DNA from: Octopus vulgaris
Lineage: Eukaryota
Assembly: GCA_951406725.2 (NCBI GenBank)
Contig: OX597825.1
Span: 186,001 to 250,000 of the forward strand
Direction: 5' to 3'
DNA: 64,000 nucleotides
Of this stretch, positions 1-13,038 are shown in pieces. The notes under the pieces are model-generated. The model ran no database searches, was not told where the DNA came from, and saw nothing but the letters and a program-made list of their open reading frames with translations. A program made the position numbers and the translations under genes. Every line of letters begins with the position of its first letter. The stretch's first letter is position 1.

Positions 1-336
1 AGTGTATTGTCTTATATGGTTTATACATAGATTATTTCTTGTAATCGGATGAAATTTTTTGTGTGTATGCGTGAAAGAAATAGAGAAAGGAGGAAAGTGT
101 GTACAGGTAAATGTTGCTTTTTAATGGTCTTATTCGTTATCTCCTGCTGAACCAGGTGCAGTATTTGCTAATGATTTGCTAAATGATTCACTACTTAGCA
201 ACCTAGTGCCAATATTTTTTGGATTTTAACACACTTTTATCTTGTTGCCAAGAGATGGATTATTTCAATGTAAACACAAACACAATGTCTTGATTCTGTT
301 TCAGTCAGCTAAAAACTGTCATTTATTATTTTACAG

Positions 337-387
337 GCCTTTTATCCCATTGAGAGAAGAATCAAAATCGAAAGAAATGACACTGTG
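337..387 (+). CDS. PAM: PAM exon (PHM C-terminal domain) AFYPIERRIKIERNDTV
   Basis: ttttacag|GCC...GTG|gtaatt, phase 0/0; resembles the PHM PQAFYP...D segment. Confidence 0.88.
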
Positions 388-413
388 GTAATTATAGCTC
401 TCTCTTTGAAACA

Positions 414-1070
414 ATCATCATCATCATCATCATTTAACGTCCGCTTTCCATGCTAGCATGGGCTGGACGATTTGACTGAGGTTGGGCGAATCAGACTCCA
501 ATCTGATCTGGCAGAGTTTCTACAGCTGGATGCCCTTCCTAATGCCAACAACTCCGAGCGTGTACTGGGTGCTTTTACATGCCACCGGCACGAGGGCCAG
601 TTTGGTGGTACTGGCAACAGCCACGCCCAAATGGTGCTTTTTATGTGCCACCTGCACAGGAGCCAGTCCAGCAGTACTGGCGACGTCCTCGCTCGAATGT
701 TTCACATGCCACCAGCAAAAGGGCTAGTAAGGCGACACGGTAACGATCACACTCGAATGGTGTGTTTAACGTGCCATCGGCACGAAGGCCAGCTTGTTGC
801 TCTGGCAATGATCTCACTCGTATGGTACTCTTAGCGCTCCACTAGCAACGGATGCCAGTCACCGAGTTTGATTTCGACTTCAATTTCACTTACCTCAGCT
901 GGTCTTCGCAAGCAGAGTTTAGTGTCCATCGAAGAAAGGCATGCATAAGTGGATTGGTTACACCCCTAGCATAGGCCACAAGGTTATGGTCACACTTGCG
1001 CTTGCCGAGTCTTCTGCAGCACTGCATATTTCCAGAGGTCCCGGTCACTGGTCATTGCCTTGGTGAGGCA
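414..1070 (-). mobile_element. RTE family 1 3' fragment (ORF end, 3'UTR, (GAT)n tail)
   Basis: (CAT)n-ttaacgtccgctttccatgctagc terminus; same sequence as the 3' end of the 7362..9755 element. Confidence 0.88.
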
Positions 1071-1249
1071 TGCCTTCCAGAACTTTTGTTTGATAAATCA
1101 AAGTAGGAACTAGAACAGAGAAAAGAAATTAGTTGTAACAATTTGAAAACCCATCTAGATGAAAACAATTTAAAAGAGTAAAGTTTTCAGGACTCAAGCT
1201 CAGCTCTTCGTCTCTGACTATGACCTTTCCCAGCCCTTTCAGAAGGATA

Positions 1250-1825
1250 AAATAATAATAGTGAAATTTATTGTATACAGTGCTCAGGTGCATCACAACT
1301 TGTCAAAAAGTGCGTATAAAGCATATGCAGTAATGTACAAATGTCTGGAAAGGGAACAGTGTATGAGTCGGATACATGCTTGCGTGTGTATGGAGGGGAG
1401 AAAATCAGGTGTTGTGTTGGCGAATCTCAGGAAGCATGGAAGTTTTGAAGGATGCAGTACTCCGACAACTAACAACTGATGCCGGCAGTCTGTTCCATGC
1501 TTCAGCAACTCTTAGCGTGGAAAAATGTTTCCGAAAGTCATGGGAGCTGTGCTGTTTTCTGACTTTGTAAATATGTCCACAGGTGTTAGATGGGTGGAGT
1601 TTGAAAAGGTGCTCAGAGTTATTGTTTGTAAGATGGTTAATAATTTTATGGGTGTCTACCGAGTCAGCTGCCAGACGTTGGAGTTTCAATGTATCCATGC
1701 CCAGGGAAGTAAGGCGTTCAGAATATGGCAAATGCCTGATGGAGAGTATTCTCTTGGTTGCACGTCGCTGAACGGCTTCCAGACGATTAATATCCTGGGC
1801 AAGATAGGGGTTCCAGACCGGTGAT
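1250..1825 (-). mobile_element. CR1/L2-type LINE 3' fragment
   Basis: SPVWNPYLAQDINRLEAVQRRATK...LPYSERL...RVAEAWNRLP RT C-terminus; (TAT)n tail near 1251. Confidence 0.85.
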
Positions 1826-2254
1826 AGAGTAAAAGAAGAAACCGCCATAAATAGATTAGCTTCAGACAGGAAACCTTCTTCAAATACTTGCAACAACATG
1901 AACTCTGATAAGGCCAATGAAGGACCAGGTGGTGGGGTTCAAGTTGATAACTGATTAAATCTACCACACAAGAACTACTAAAGCTAACCTAACAGGCATT
2001 TTGAACAGTTTCCATCTATCTGATCTCACACACCAGGCTTGGGCTGACACATAACTAGGAGAGAAAACACTTGCCTAAGGTGGTACATTCTGGAATTGAA
2101 CTTAGAACTATGTAATTGCAAAGTAAACCTCATAACGATGCCAGCACCCAAATTACTATTGGACTAAGTGGTTCTTTTACATTAGCATATTATTTGTTGT
2201 GTCTTATGAAAAATTTAATTAAATAAATCAATTAATAGTGTCTCATTTTGCTAG

Positions 2255-2307
2255 GTTGCACGCTGTACCTATAATTCAACCGGTCGAAATAGCGACACAA
2301 AGATTGG
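2255..2307 (+). CDS. PAM: PAM exon (PHM) VARCTYNSTGRNSDTKIG
   Basis: ttttgctag|GTT...ATTGG|gtatgt, phase 0/2; ARC...T.IG PHM motif. Confidence 0.9.
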
Positions 2308-3063
2308 GTATGTATTGCATTGAACTCATCCTCATTATTATGTAACTGCTTTTCATGCTGTCTTGGGTAGGATAGGTTACCACAGTCTGACATGGTTTGT
2401 TATCTATGGCTGTAGATCCTTAACAGCAATCACTTCACAAGGTGTGCTCAGTGCATTTTGTTATGGCACACTTGACCATCTCTCTCTCTCTCCCTGGCTT
2501 ACCATGTACCTCCTCTATAGCAAGTCATGCATTTCTGCCTCCCTACTTTTCTGTCACAGTCTAACCTTGGATCACCCCCTCCATTTATAGCAAGACGTTA
2601 AAATTTTTTTAAATGGATATTTCTTTTAATTTATTAATTGATTAATAATAAGGCACAAAAAGAAAATGACTCTCCCCAGACACAGCAGAATAATTGATTA
2701 ATATTTTATAGCTAATTATTTACCCTGGGTATTCAGGCTCTGTCCTTCTTTATAAGCTATTTTTGATTTAAGGTTTTCTTCGATTTTTATAATATGATTT
2801 TATTCCACACTTTGTTATTGCATGCAACCAGTTATTGTAAAGACCATTAGTTGAAAGCACCAATGCAACAAAAACATTTACAAATGTGCATCTATCAAAC
2901 TAGTTGTATATTTTTGGTTATAACCTTATTTTAGTTCCATTCTAAACAAAACTGTCTGCCGAATGGGAATGTGAAACTCTAAGTAACAGTTTTTGTGATA
3001 TTTTTGCTGCTTTTTAATAAAGTATGTGTTTGTGTCTGTGTGTGTGTATATAAATGCATATAT

Positions 3064-4282
3064 ATCATCATCATCATCATCGTTTAACGTCCGTTTTCCA
3101 TGCTAGCATGGGTTGGATGGTTTGACCGGGGTCTGGGAAGCCAGAAGGCTGCACCAGGCTCCAGTCTGATCTGGCAGTGTTTCTACAGCTGGATGCCCTT
3201 CCTAACGCCAACCACTTCGTGAGTGTAGTGGCCACAATTGGTTGGTGCTTTTTACGTGCCACCAGCACAGGTATCACAACTACCCATCCACATTAATACA
3301 GCATATCCTCATCTTTCCGAGTGAATGTTCATGCTTTCGTTCTCCTAAGTGACACAGTAAGTCGTACACAAGCATGATATACTTTAACCTCAGGATGACC
3401 AATGCACTGTGAGAGGAATTTGGAAGATAGAAACTCCACAGAAGCATATTGTGTGTGTGTGTATCAACATGTTTTTGCACTGACACCATTCAGCTACTGA
3501 CATTGTCTGTGATCACATGAATAAAATTTTGGTAGTTTGTGTGAAATCATCGAATAAAATACCTTTGGCAACAGGAAGAACATCTGGACATAGAATACCA
3601 TCTCATTCAACATACACCAGCACAGAAAACGTAGACAGAAAATGTCCGTTTTCCATGCTAGCATGGATTGGACAGCTCGACCGGGGTCTGGGAAGCCAGA
3701 AGGCTGCACCAGGCTCCAGTCTGATCTGGCAGTGTTTCTACAGCTGGATGCCCTTCGCCAACCAATTCGTGAGTGTAGTGGGTGCTTTTTACGTGCCAGG
3801 CGAGGCTGGCAACGGCCACAATCAGTTGGGACTTTTTATGTGCCACTGGCACAGGTTCCAGGTGAGGCTGGCAATGGCCACAATTGGTTGTTGCTTTTTA
3901 TGTGCCACCGGCACGGAAGCCAGTCAAGGCTGCGCTGGCATCGGCCACATACAGATGGTGCTTTTTACATGCCACTGGCACAGGTGCCAGTGGAGGCTAG
4001 TAACGGCCACGATCGGTTGTTGCTTTTTACGTGTCACCGGCATGGAAACCAGTCAAGGCCGCGCTGGCATCAGCCACGTGCGGATGGTGCTTTTTACGTG
4101 CCACCGGCACAGGGATCATAGCTACAATTTTCATTGATTTTTGATGTTGATGTACTTGACTCAATAGGTCTCCTCAAGCACAGGGTCAAAATGGTGTTTC
4201 TTTACTTGCCACCTGCACAAGAGTCAGTCCAGCGGCACTGGCAACGACCGGGTGCCAGTCATTGAATTTGGTTCAATTTTGA
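3064..4282 (-). mobile_element. two RTE family 1 3'UTR copies (3064..3282, 3642..4282)
   Basis: Family 3' terminus plus internal ~60-nt unit arrays. Confidence 0.85.
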
Positions 4283-4584
4283 GTTGTCTATGCTAAAGAG
4301 AGAAAGTTTATGGTATAGCTCTAATGGGTCAAAAGTACAGTGTGCTATAATCTATACCGTTACTCTCTTATTTCATTTGAAGAATTCATTCAAAACTTAT
4401 AAGTAAATACAAATGCACAGACATGACTGTGTAGTTAACAAGATTGGTATTAGGTTAAGTCCCATTGCATGGCACCTATTATTGCCTTTTGCTGAACAAT
4501 GCCTTGACATGAGATATAGAATTTTTAGAGGGGAGAATAAGATTTGTTTGTTCATTATTTCCAAATAGTTTTATTTGTTAGTGA

Positions 4585-4941
4585 CTAGTAGTATCGCCTG
4601 GTGTTGCTTGGGTTTGTTTTGATCCTTTAGAATTGGAATTTTTGAAAAGGAAAAATTTTGCATTATGTAGCTTGTTATTCTCTTTAAGTGAACATTTTTC
4701 TGGTTGAAATACACTGAAAAATGGCGATATAGCAGTACAAAAATCGTATTTTATGTAAATAATTTTTGGTGTTAACATGGTCCGATTTGAATTATATCTT
4801 CTACGGAAGGAAGAGCAAGCCTTCTTCTATCATACTCTCAATTTTGGTCAACTTGCGCTGCAGGGTCTCGGAGGAGATAGTGTTAGTTGAAGGCTAACAA
4901 ACCTTCCACACACAGACAACTTCAGCTTTATATATATAGAT
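4585..4941 (-). mobile_element. non-autonomous Helitron
   Basis: Minus strand reads TCTATATATATAAAG...hairpin...CTAG; homologous to 36207..36595. Confidence 0.75.
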
Positions 4942-5644
4942 TAAGAGCACTTCCCGTTTGATTTTTGAGGCGATTCGGTCTGCAAAATAATTCTCTCATT
5001 TTGAGCTATTTTTTGACACCATTTTCAACTGAGAACTCCTTAAAAAGGCACACTCAAAACTGCTAGAATTTGCATCTTTCAAGCTAGAGAATTCAAACTT
5101 GCTCCAATTGATTCAGGAAATTTTTCTATGTATATGCTCATATATATTTTTCGAAAAATTCAAAAATTGAACATGTTTTCGCCCCATTTTTCTGTTGCAT
5201 ACACACAAACACGCGCACTGTCACATGTAGAATCCAACATGTTGCATGAACACAACTCAAGGCAATATTGTATAACATCCACTCACTCGCAGAAAATGCA
5301 TTGTTTCGGGCCTTTGTTATTGAGATAGAGACTTGAAACCTACTCTGGCTGTAACTACACCACGCACCACGCCTTCTATAGGTGTGTAAACTTTCAGCTC
5401 GATCCTAGCACGTCTTGTGCCATTGAATCCTTACCAAAGCCAAAGTGTGCAAGTTTTTTTCCTCTTTTATATAGGTAGATAGGTAGATAAGTGATCTGAA
5501 ATAACTCCAACCATATTGTTGGGTTTGCTTTCTAAGATCGTAATCATATGTAACTACTCTTTCTCTGCCCCCCCCCTCATATAATCAATTGTGTTCATTA
5601 TCTGAAACCTTAATAATTAACTCCAATGTTTATTCCCATTGCAG

Positions 5645-5922
5645 ACCAACCCATGAAGACGAGATGTGCAACTTTTACATGATGTACTACTCCCACAGTG
5701 AAGACCATATACCAAACTTTATAGAATGCATTAATAATAAATTTCCAGATTTCACTAAATACATCCCAGCGTCATCCGTCGAGCAGTTGCCTTATAATCC
5801 ATATTTGGAACAGAAAGCATTGCAGTCAAAGACACACCCCAGTGAAAATGCCGTTCACCAGCGGTTAAATAAAAATTCTCAGATAACAAGAGAGAAAAGT
5901 GATTCTCAACAACAGTTCCAAG
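5645..5922 (+). CDS. PAM: PAM exon: PHM end (CuM Met motif DEMCNFYMMYY) and PHM-PAL linker
   Basis: ttgcag|A CCA ACC CAT GAA GAC GAG ATG TGC. The donor CAAG|gtaggc (5922/5923) is phase 1, as the next exon requires. The frame stays open to 6167, so the 3' boundary is less certain. Confidence 0.85.
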
Positions 5923-6155
5923 GTAGGCAATATAGCAATGAGAAAAATTATAATTATCCAGTTTTTCATAAAAGTTATAAGTTTTTGTCACAGCAGAATT
6001 CTGATCATTATAAAATAACCAATCAGTACAAACGTTTTAATCAACAGTTTGATTCTTATGATAACAAGGTACCAGGATATTTTGGGGATCACTGGCTGCA
6101 TATTCAGCACCAAAAACCAAAGTATTGCAATAGAAATAAAGCGTTCCAGATTCTT

Positions 6156-6420
6156 ATCATCGTTTGACGTCCGTTTTCCATGCTAGCATGAGTTGGACGG
6201 TTTGACCGGGGTCTGGGAAGCCAGGAGGCTGCACCAAGCTCCAGTTTGATCTGGCAGTGTTTCTACAGCTGGATGCCCTTCCTAACACCAACCACTCCGT
6301 GAGTGTAGTGGGTGTTTTTTACGTGCCACCGGCAAAGGGGCCAGACGAGGCTGGCAAATAGCCACGATTGGTTGGTGCTTTTACATGTCACTGACACAGA
6401 TGCCAGTCAGGCGGTGCTAC
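6156..6420 (-). mobile_element. RTE family 1 3'UTR copy
   Basis: Family terminus; it closes the exon-3 read-through ORF. Confidence 0.85.
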
Positions 6421-7321
6421 AAAGTTTTAAAGTAATTTTATCGTCTTAGTTGTAGCATGGCAGAAGCATGGTCAAATCTTATACTTACTTGTGTCCCTTT
6501 ACATTCTAATTTCAAATCCCATCAATATTATTCCACCAGCTTGACTGGGGGAATGACAAGGGACCAAGAGTTGTGGCAATTTGCTGTACTTCAGAAGTCA
6601 TCCCAAGTGAAGTAAAATTGCTGTCATCCATACAGATAGACTTGTCTTTTACAGATGTTGGTGCCGCATAAAATGCACTTGTGCCATTGCTGCATAAATG
6701 CACCCATGCCCGTAAAAAGAAGCACCTAATACACTTTATAAAGTGGTTGGTGTTAGGAGGGACATCCAGTCATAGACACCATACCACAGCAGACAGTTTG
6801 AGTACGAACAGCTCCCCAGCTGGTCAGCCCCATGTCAAACCATCCAACCTATACCAGAATGGAAAACGAACTTTAAATGATGATGATGATTAAGTTTTTC
6901 ATTCATTCTTTTGGGTTTAATAAAGTAAATACTGATTAGATACTAGAGTGAATTTAATTAACCACAAGGGTCAGGTGAAAAGTTCATAGGCTGACCAAGA
7001 TACTCTCATTGAATGTGACCAAATGGGGTTTATTTTTCAATGTAGTCCTTTGGTATTGCGGTGCTTGGATCCCATTGGTGAAGAAGCTTTCATCTAATTG
7101 GTCAAAGGAGTGATCGACAGCATATATGACATCATCATCCTCATCCCAAGTGTCTTTTCATATTGAAGAACACATGCTAGTCTGATGGGAAGGCTGATCA
7201 ACTAGTTCAAATCCACAGTCATTGAGCATTACCCCTTCAAAATCATGTGCTGCAGTTAGTATAATTGACTATACCCCCCCCCCACCAGCAGACATTGCAA
7301 GGGACATCATGATGATGTATG

Positions 7322-7361
<40 letters not shown>

Positions 7362-7364
<3 letters not shown>

Positions 7365-9754
7365 TCATCATCATCATCATTTAGCGTCCGCTTTCCATGC
7401 TAGCATGGGTTGGACAGTTCAACTGGGGTCTGTGAAGCCAGAAGGCTGCATCAGGCCCAGTCTGATCTGGCAGTGTTTCTATGGCTGGATGCCCTTCCTA
7501 ACGCCAACCACTCCGTGAGTGTAGTGGGTGCTTTTTACGTGCCACCCACACAGGTGCCAGACGGAGCTGGCAAACGGCCACGGACGGATGGTGCTTTTTA
7601 CGTGCCACCGGCACGGAGGCCAGTCGGGGTGGCGCTGGCAACGGCCACGATCGGATGGTTCGCTTACTTGTCACCGGCACTGGTATCACAGCTGCAATTT
7701 CCATTGATGTTGATCGACTTCGATTTTGGTTCTGATATCTGATTTGATTTGGTTTGATCTTGATTTTCACTTGCCTCAACGGGTCTTCACATGTGGAGTT
7801 TTGTGTCCCAAGAAGGAAAGGTATGTATAAGTTGACTGGCTACATACCAGGTAGAGGCCACGGGTTATGGTCTCACTAGTCTTGCCGGGTCTTCTCACGC
7901 ACACCATACTTCCATAGGTCTCGGTCTCTAGTCATTTCCTTAGTGAGACCTAAAGTTTGAAGGTCGTGCTTCACCACCTCATCCCAGGTTTTCCTGGGTC
8001 TACCTCTTCCACAGGTTCCCTCAACTGCTAGGGTGTGGCACTTTTGCACACAACTATCTTCAGCCATTCTTGTCACATGACTATACCAGCGCAAACGTCT
8101 CTCTTGCACACCACAACTGATGCTTCTTAGGTCCAACTTTTCTCTCAAGGTACTTATACTCTGTCGATTATGAACACTGACATTACACATCCATTGGAGC
8201 ATACTGGCTTCATTTCTTGCGAGCTTACGCATATCCTCAGCAGTCACAGCCCATGTTTCACTACCATGTAGCATGGCTGTACGTACACATGCATCATACA
8301 GTCTGCCTTTTACTCTGAGCGAGAGGCTTTTTGTCACCAGCAGGGGTAAGAGCTCTCTAAACTTTGCCCAAGCTATTCTTACTCTAGCAGTTACACTTTC
8401 AGCACACCCACCCCCGCTACTGACTTGGTCACCTAGGTAGCAGAAGCTATCAACTACTTCTAGTTTTTCTCCCTGGAACGTGGTAGAAGTTGGTCTCTGC
8501 ACATTTTCAGTGTTTATTGCTCCTGAGCATCTGCCACAGACAAAAACTATTTTCCTAGTTAGCCTTCCTTTGACATTGCTGCACCTCTTATGTGTCCATA
8601 GCTTACACTTGGTGCACCTTATAGTTTCTACTTACACCTTTTTTACAGATCGAGCAGGGCCATCTACCTGAAGGCGTTTGTGATTGGTCTACCTTCCTAC
8701 TTATTAGGACTTTGGTTTTGGCTAGGTTGATTCTAAGGCCCTTCGATTCTAATCCTTGCTTCCAAAACCTGAAACTTCTCCTCCAGTTCTGATAGTGACT
8801 CAGCAATTAGAGCAAGGTCATCAGCATAGAGGAGCTCCCAGGGCATCCTGTCTTGAATTCCTCCATTATTGCCTGGAGGACTATGATAAATAGGAGGGGA
8901 CTGAGGACTGAACCTTGGTGGACCCCAACCTCTACCCGGAATTCTTCACTGTACTCGTTGCCAACCCTCACCTTACTAGCAGCGTCTCTGTACATGGCTT
9001 GCACAACTCTCACTAACCATTCATCTATCCCTAGTTTCCTCATTGACCACCGGATAAGGGATTGGGGGACCCTGTCGAAGGCTTTCTCCATGTCAACAAA
9101 AGCCAGGTACAGGGGCTTATCTTTGGCTAGGTATTTCTCCTGCAGCTGTCTTACCAGGAATATAGCATCAGTAGTACTTTTCCCTGGCACGAACCCAAAT
9201 TGCATCTCATCTAAACTAACTCTCTCTCTAATTAGTTGGGCTATAACCCTCTCCGTAACCTTCATTACCTGATCCAGCAGCTTGATACCCCTGTAGTTAT
9301 TTGTATCTAGGGCGTCACCTTTACCTTTGTAGCAGTTGACTATTATGCTGCTACACCAGTCATTGGGTATGACTCCTTCGTGTATCACCTGGTTAACTAT
9401 ACGGGTGACTAGGCTATAGCCAACACTACCAGACATTTTGAGCATCTCTGCAGTAATTCCTGATGGGCCTGGGGCTTTCCCTGTTTTCATGCTTGTAATT
9501 GCCTTAACTACTAAGGAACTGTCAACTCGGATTGCTGGTCCCTCTGTTGGGTCGACATTCGGCAGACTCTCTTTATCCCATTCATTTTCCTCATTCAGCA
9601 ACCTTTCATAGTGGCGTCTCATAGTTGCATCCTCATTTAGCGCAAGTGAACCGTCATCCTTGCGAACACATTTCTCTCCTACCACGTCACGATTCTCTCT
9701 CACACACTGTCTTGCAACACGAAATACCTCAAGTCTTTCATCCTCACGGCGCAG

Positions 9755-9755
<1 letters not shown>
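7362..9755 (-). mobile_element. 5'-truncated RTE-clade LINE (family 1), frameshifted RT, inserted in (TA)n
   Basis: ORFs 8807..9703, 8603..8806 and 7876..8502: NYRGIKLL, QFGF, FVDMEKAFDRV, GVHQGSVLSPLLF, GSETW, RGRPRKTW; 3'UTR and (GAT)n tail; (TA)n on both sides. Confidence 0.95.
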
Positions 9756-9788
<33 letters not shown>

Positions 9789-10158
9789 CATAAAGTATTG
9801 ACTAAAAGTGCTGTGATTTGGGATTGAACCTGTAATCATGAAGTTGTAAAGTAAACCTCTTAATAACTGAACCTTATCTGCACACGTGTGCATGTGTATA
9901 TGTCTGTAAATGAAGTATTTTTTACTGTTTTCATGCTGCCTGATCAAATTAATGAGTCTATTTTTTTCTTTCCAAGAATTTTTCTAGACCTAATATGGTT
10001 GTACTGAATTAGTTGTGTATATGTATCTTACTAGTTTATCCTCTTCATATATAAATTTTTGTGGTTGCTGTCTTGACAGAAATGTGAGTGTTTGTAATGC
10101 ATGATTCTCTTGGAGAATTAGACTTAATACACTGTTCTATGTTATTTGGTTCTTGTAG

Positions 10159-10285
10159 ATATGACTTATGTACCTGATTGGCCAGCTAAGAATGGATTGA
10201 CCCTTGGCCATGTCAGTGGTGTTAGTGTAGGACCTGATGGCAGTGTGCATGTTTTTCATCGGGGACCTCAAATCTGGAATACAAG
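10159..10285 (+). CDS. PAM: PAM exon (PAL start) MTYVPDWP...GHVSGVSV...VFHRGPQIWNT
   Basis: ttcttgtag|AT...ACAAG|gtgagg, phase 1/2; DWP, GxVSGV and FHRG PAL motifs. Confidence 0.92.
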
Positions 10286-10365
10286 GTGAGGTTTTTTTTC
10301 TCCCCCTTTTGTGTTTAAATCTTGATAATTAACACTTTAGGAATCAGATTTCTCTGTCAAATGTA

Positions 10366-10588
10366 TCATCATCATCGTTTAACGTCCGCTTTCCATGCTG
10401 GCATGGGTTGGACGATTTTGACTGAGGGCTGGCGAACCAGATGGCTGCACCAAGCTCCAATCTTGATCTGGCAGAGTTTCTACAGCTGGATGACCTTCCT
10501 AACGCCAACCACTCCAAGAGTGTAGTGGGTGCTTTTTACGTGCCACCGGCACGGGGGCCAGTCAGGCGGTACTGGCAATGACCTCGCT
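10366..10588 (-). mobile_element. RTE family 1 3'UTR copy
   Basis: Family terminus and (CAT)n. Confidence 0.85.
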
Positions 10589-11155
10589 TATTTACATTGT
10601 TTTGAACTAATCATGCATTATCTTGCAGCATTGAGATTTCAATGATGTGATTGTTTATTTTTTGGATAACATTGCAGGGTAGGTATGAAAAGCTAAATTT
10701 GGTTGGTTTGAACATAAAACAGGTAGAATATTTGGGCTGGATATGGTTAGTTTAAATGCTAAAAGGGTCAAAGTAAGTCAGTCTTACCACTCTGATGTTC
10801 TCTCCTCTCTGTAGATAAACAATGTGAATTTGGACGTAAATACAAAGTGTTGGATAGTACTGGGCAATTCTACTTTTTGTAATCTGAGCCAATGAGGAGC
10901 CTAGCTTCTGTATAGTCACTGGATCTGCTAGAAACAGCAACCAAAATCTTCCTCAAGTTAACAATTTATTGTGATAGAAATTGGATGATGTAGTCCTAGT
11001 TCCTCCTCCATGAATAAAGCTGTTCCCGCTAGATGTCAACCCAGTATTTCTAAGCTACGGACTGAGTGATTTGTTGTAAGGTTATCTCCCTAGACAGATT
11101 GCCTTCACTAAGGCTAAGGAGCCCTTTCTACTCCACTGATATAGGTTGTACTGGT

Positions 11156-11580
11156 GCCACAGTCGGACCAATTCTACTATATGGCTCAGAAACCTGAACG
11201 TTATCAAAAAAGCTCGAGAGGCGGTTGGATGGATCTTACACTCGCCTCCTTATGAGAGCTCAAAATCTCTCGAGGAAACGTCATCCAACCAAAGTAAAAA
11301 TATATGGGAAATTACCACCTGTATCATCTCTTGTGAAAGATAGAAGAGTCCAGTTTGCTGGACATTGTTGTAGAGCTGAAAACGAGGTAATTTCTACTCA
11401 TCTCCTCTGGAAGCCATCTGCTCGCGATACCAGAGGGCGCACACTCTCCTACCCTGATGTAATCTCCAGGGATACAGGCATCCAGCAACAGGACCTCCGT
11501 AATGCTATGATGGACTGTGAAGTCTGGCGTAACATAGTAAATTCCATTGTCTCGACCACAGTCGAACAATGATGATGTAG
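11156..11580 (+). mobile_element. RTE family 2 3' fragment
   Basis: YGSET...RRVQFAGHCCR...RGRTLSYPD...STTVEQ followed by tgatgatg. Confidence 0.88.
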
Positions 11581-11855
11581 TCCTAGTTACACTTTGTCTC
11601 AATTAAAAAGATGGAATAGTCAAAACCACAGCAACATTAATATATGAGCAAATTCTTTGTTGTTACTGTTGCAAAGTGCAGTGAGTGAGGAATGCTTGGC
11701 CAGCTTGCAGTGTTATGTTCAAAAACATTTTCATTAGTATTACTTGGGAAAAGAATGAATCCTACTGGAATTACTTTGGATTCATTCCATGGTGTCACTT
11801 TAGCATATGGAGTAAGGCACTCACTCACTCATCTTCCTTGTATGTTTTTTCTATT

Positions 11856-12191
11856 CATCATCGTCATCGTTTAATGTCCGTTTTCCATGCTAGCACGGCT
11901 TGGACGGTTCGACCGGGATCTAGGAAGCTAGGAGGCTGCACCAGGCTCCAGTCTGATCTGGCAGTGTTTCTACAGCTGGATGCCCTTCCTAACGCCAACC
12001 ACTTTGTGAGTGTAGTGGGTGCTTTTTACATGTCACCGGCACAGGTGCCAGGGTAGGCTGGCAGCGGCCACAATCGGTTGGTACTTTTACGTGACACTAG
12101 CACAGAAGCCAGTCAAGGCAGCGCTGGCATCGACCACGTTCCAATGGTGCTCTTTATGTGCCGCCGGCACAGTATCATAACTACAATTTCC
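11856..12191 (-). mobile_element. RTE family 1 3'UTR copy
   Basis: Family terminus and unit array. Confidence 0.85.
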
Positions 12192-13038
12192 AGGCTCTCT
12201 TCATTTCCTTTCTACCCACATTTTCCTGCAGTCGTTGATTTGCAGATGTTCGGGGTGAGTTCCTGTTTGGGGAAGGAGTTTGTTCTAGTTATGGGAACTT
12301 CTCTTTCCCAGTTAAATTCTTCGTCTTCATCATCATCTAACAACACCTGTTTTCCATACTGACATGGGTTGGACGGGTTGTAAGGATCCAATGAGTCACA
12401 GGGCTGTATCATTGTCATAAACTACTTCAAAAAGGCTTTTATTCAAACTTTAATCCTGCTCACCGTTTAATCCATTAATCACGTTAAGACATGTAGGAAT
12501 ATACGACCGTACGTAAGGAGTTGGTGACAAATGTCTCCTTTTGAATGCTGCACAGTCGCACCTAACATAATACAGAGGCCAAATACATGGTTGCAATCTC
12601 CAACGAGATCATTCATATTGTGTCTCTCAAAGAGTGAGGATATCAATATCGCTACAGACACATTGTTTTATATAAAGTATCTATCAACCTCATTCAACAC
12701 TATGCTGCATTTTCATACTCACTACAAAATAAGATATTTGTATTTTTATCTATTATTTACTATTGTAGAAAGGAATTAATGATAGGATATTATAATTCAT
12801 GACAATCATGTTCCATGTCAGCTTTGGCATGGTTTCTGCAGCTGGATGCATTTCTTAATGCCAACCACTTTACAGTGTGTACTGGGTGCTATTTTCATGC
12901 AAAAGCTTTAACTAAGTGTGGGGTTGTATTTGAAAGGGTAGAGAAGTGTTTTTATGCTGTGGGTAAGAAGTGTCTTGCAGTAGAGAAAAGATACATGGTT
13001 GCCCTGCATTTAAATAAGGGTGGGGAGTATCTGGGGAT

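Noticed and set aside
3517-4137. 206-aa ORF and similar ORFs (46054..46695, 30087..30662, 13755..14219)
   Set aside because: Chance open frames across the repeated RTE 3'UTR units; the same peptides recur at every copy.
6168-10158. additional PHM-PAL linker exon
   Set aside because: I found no convincing phase 0-to-1 exon by eye; the region is mostly repeats.
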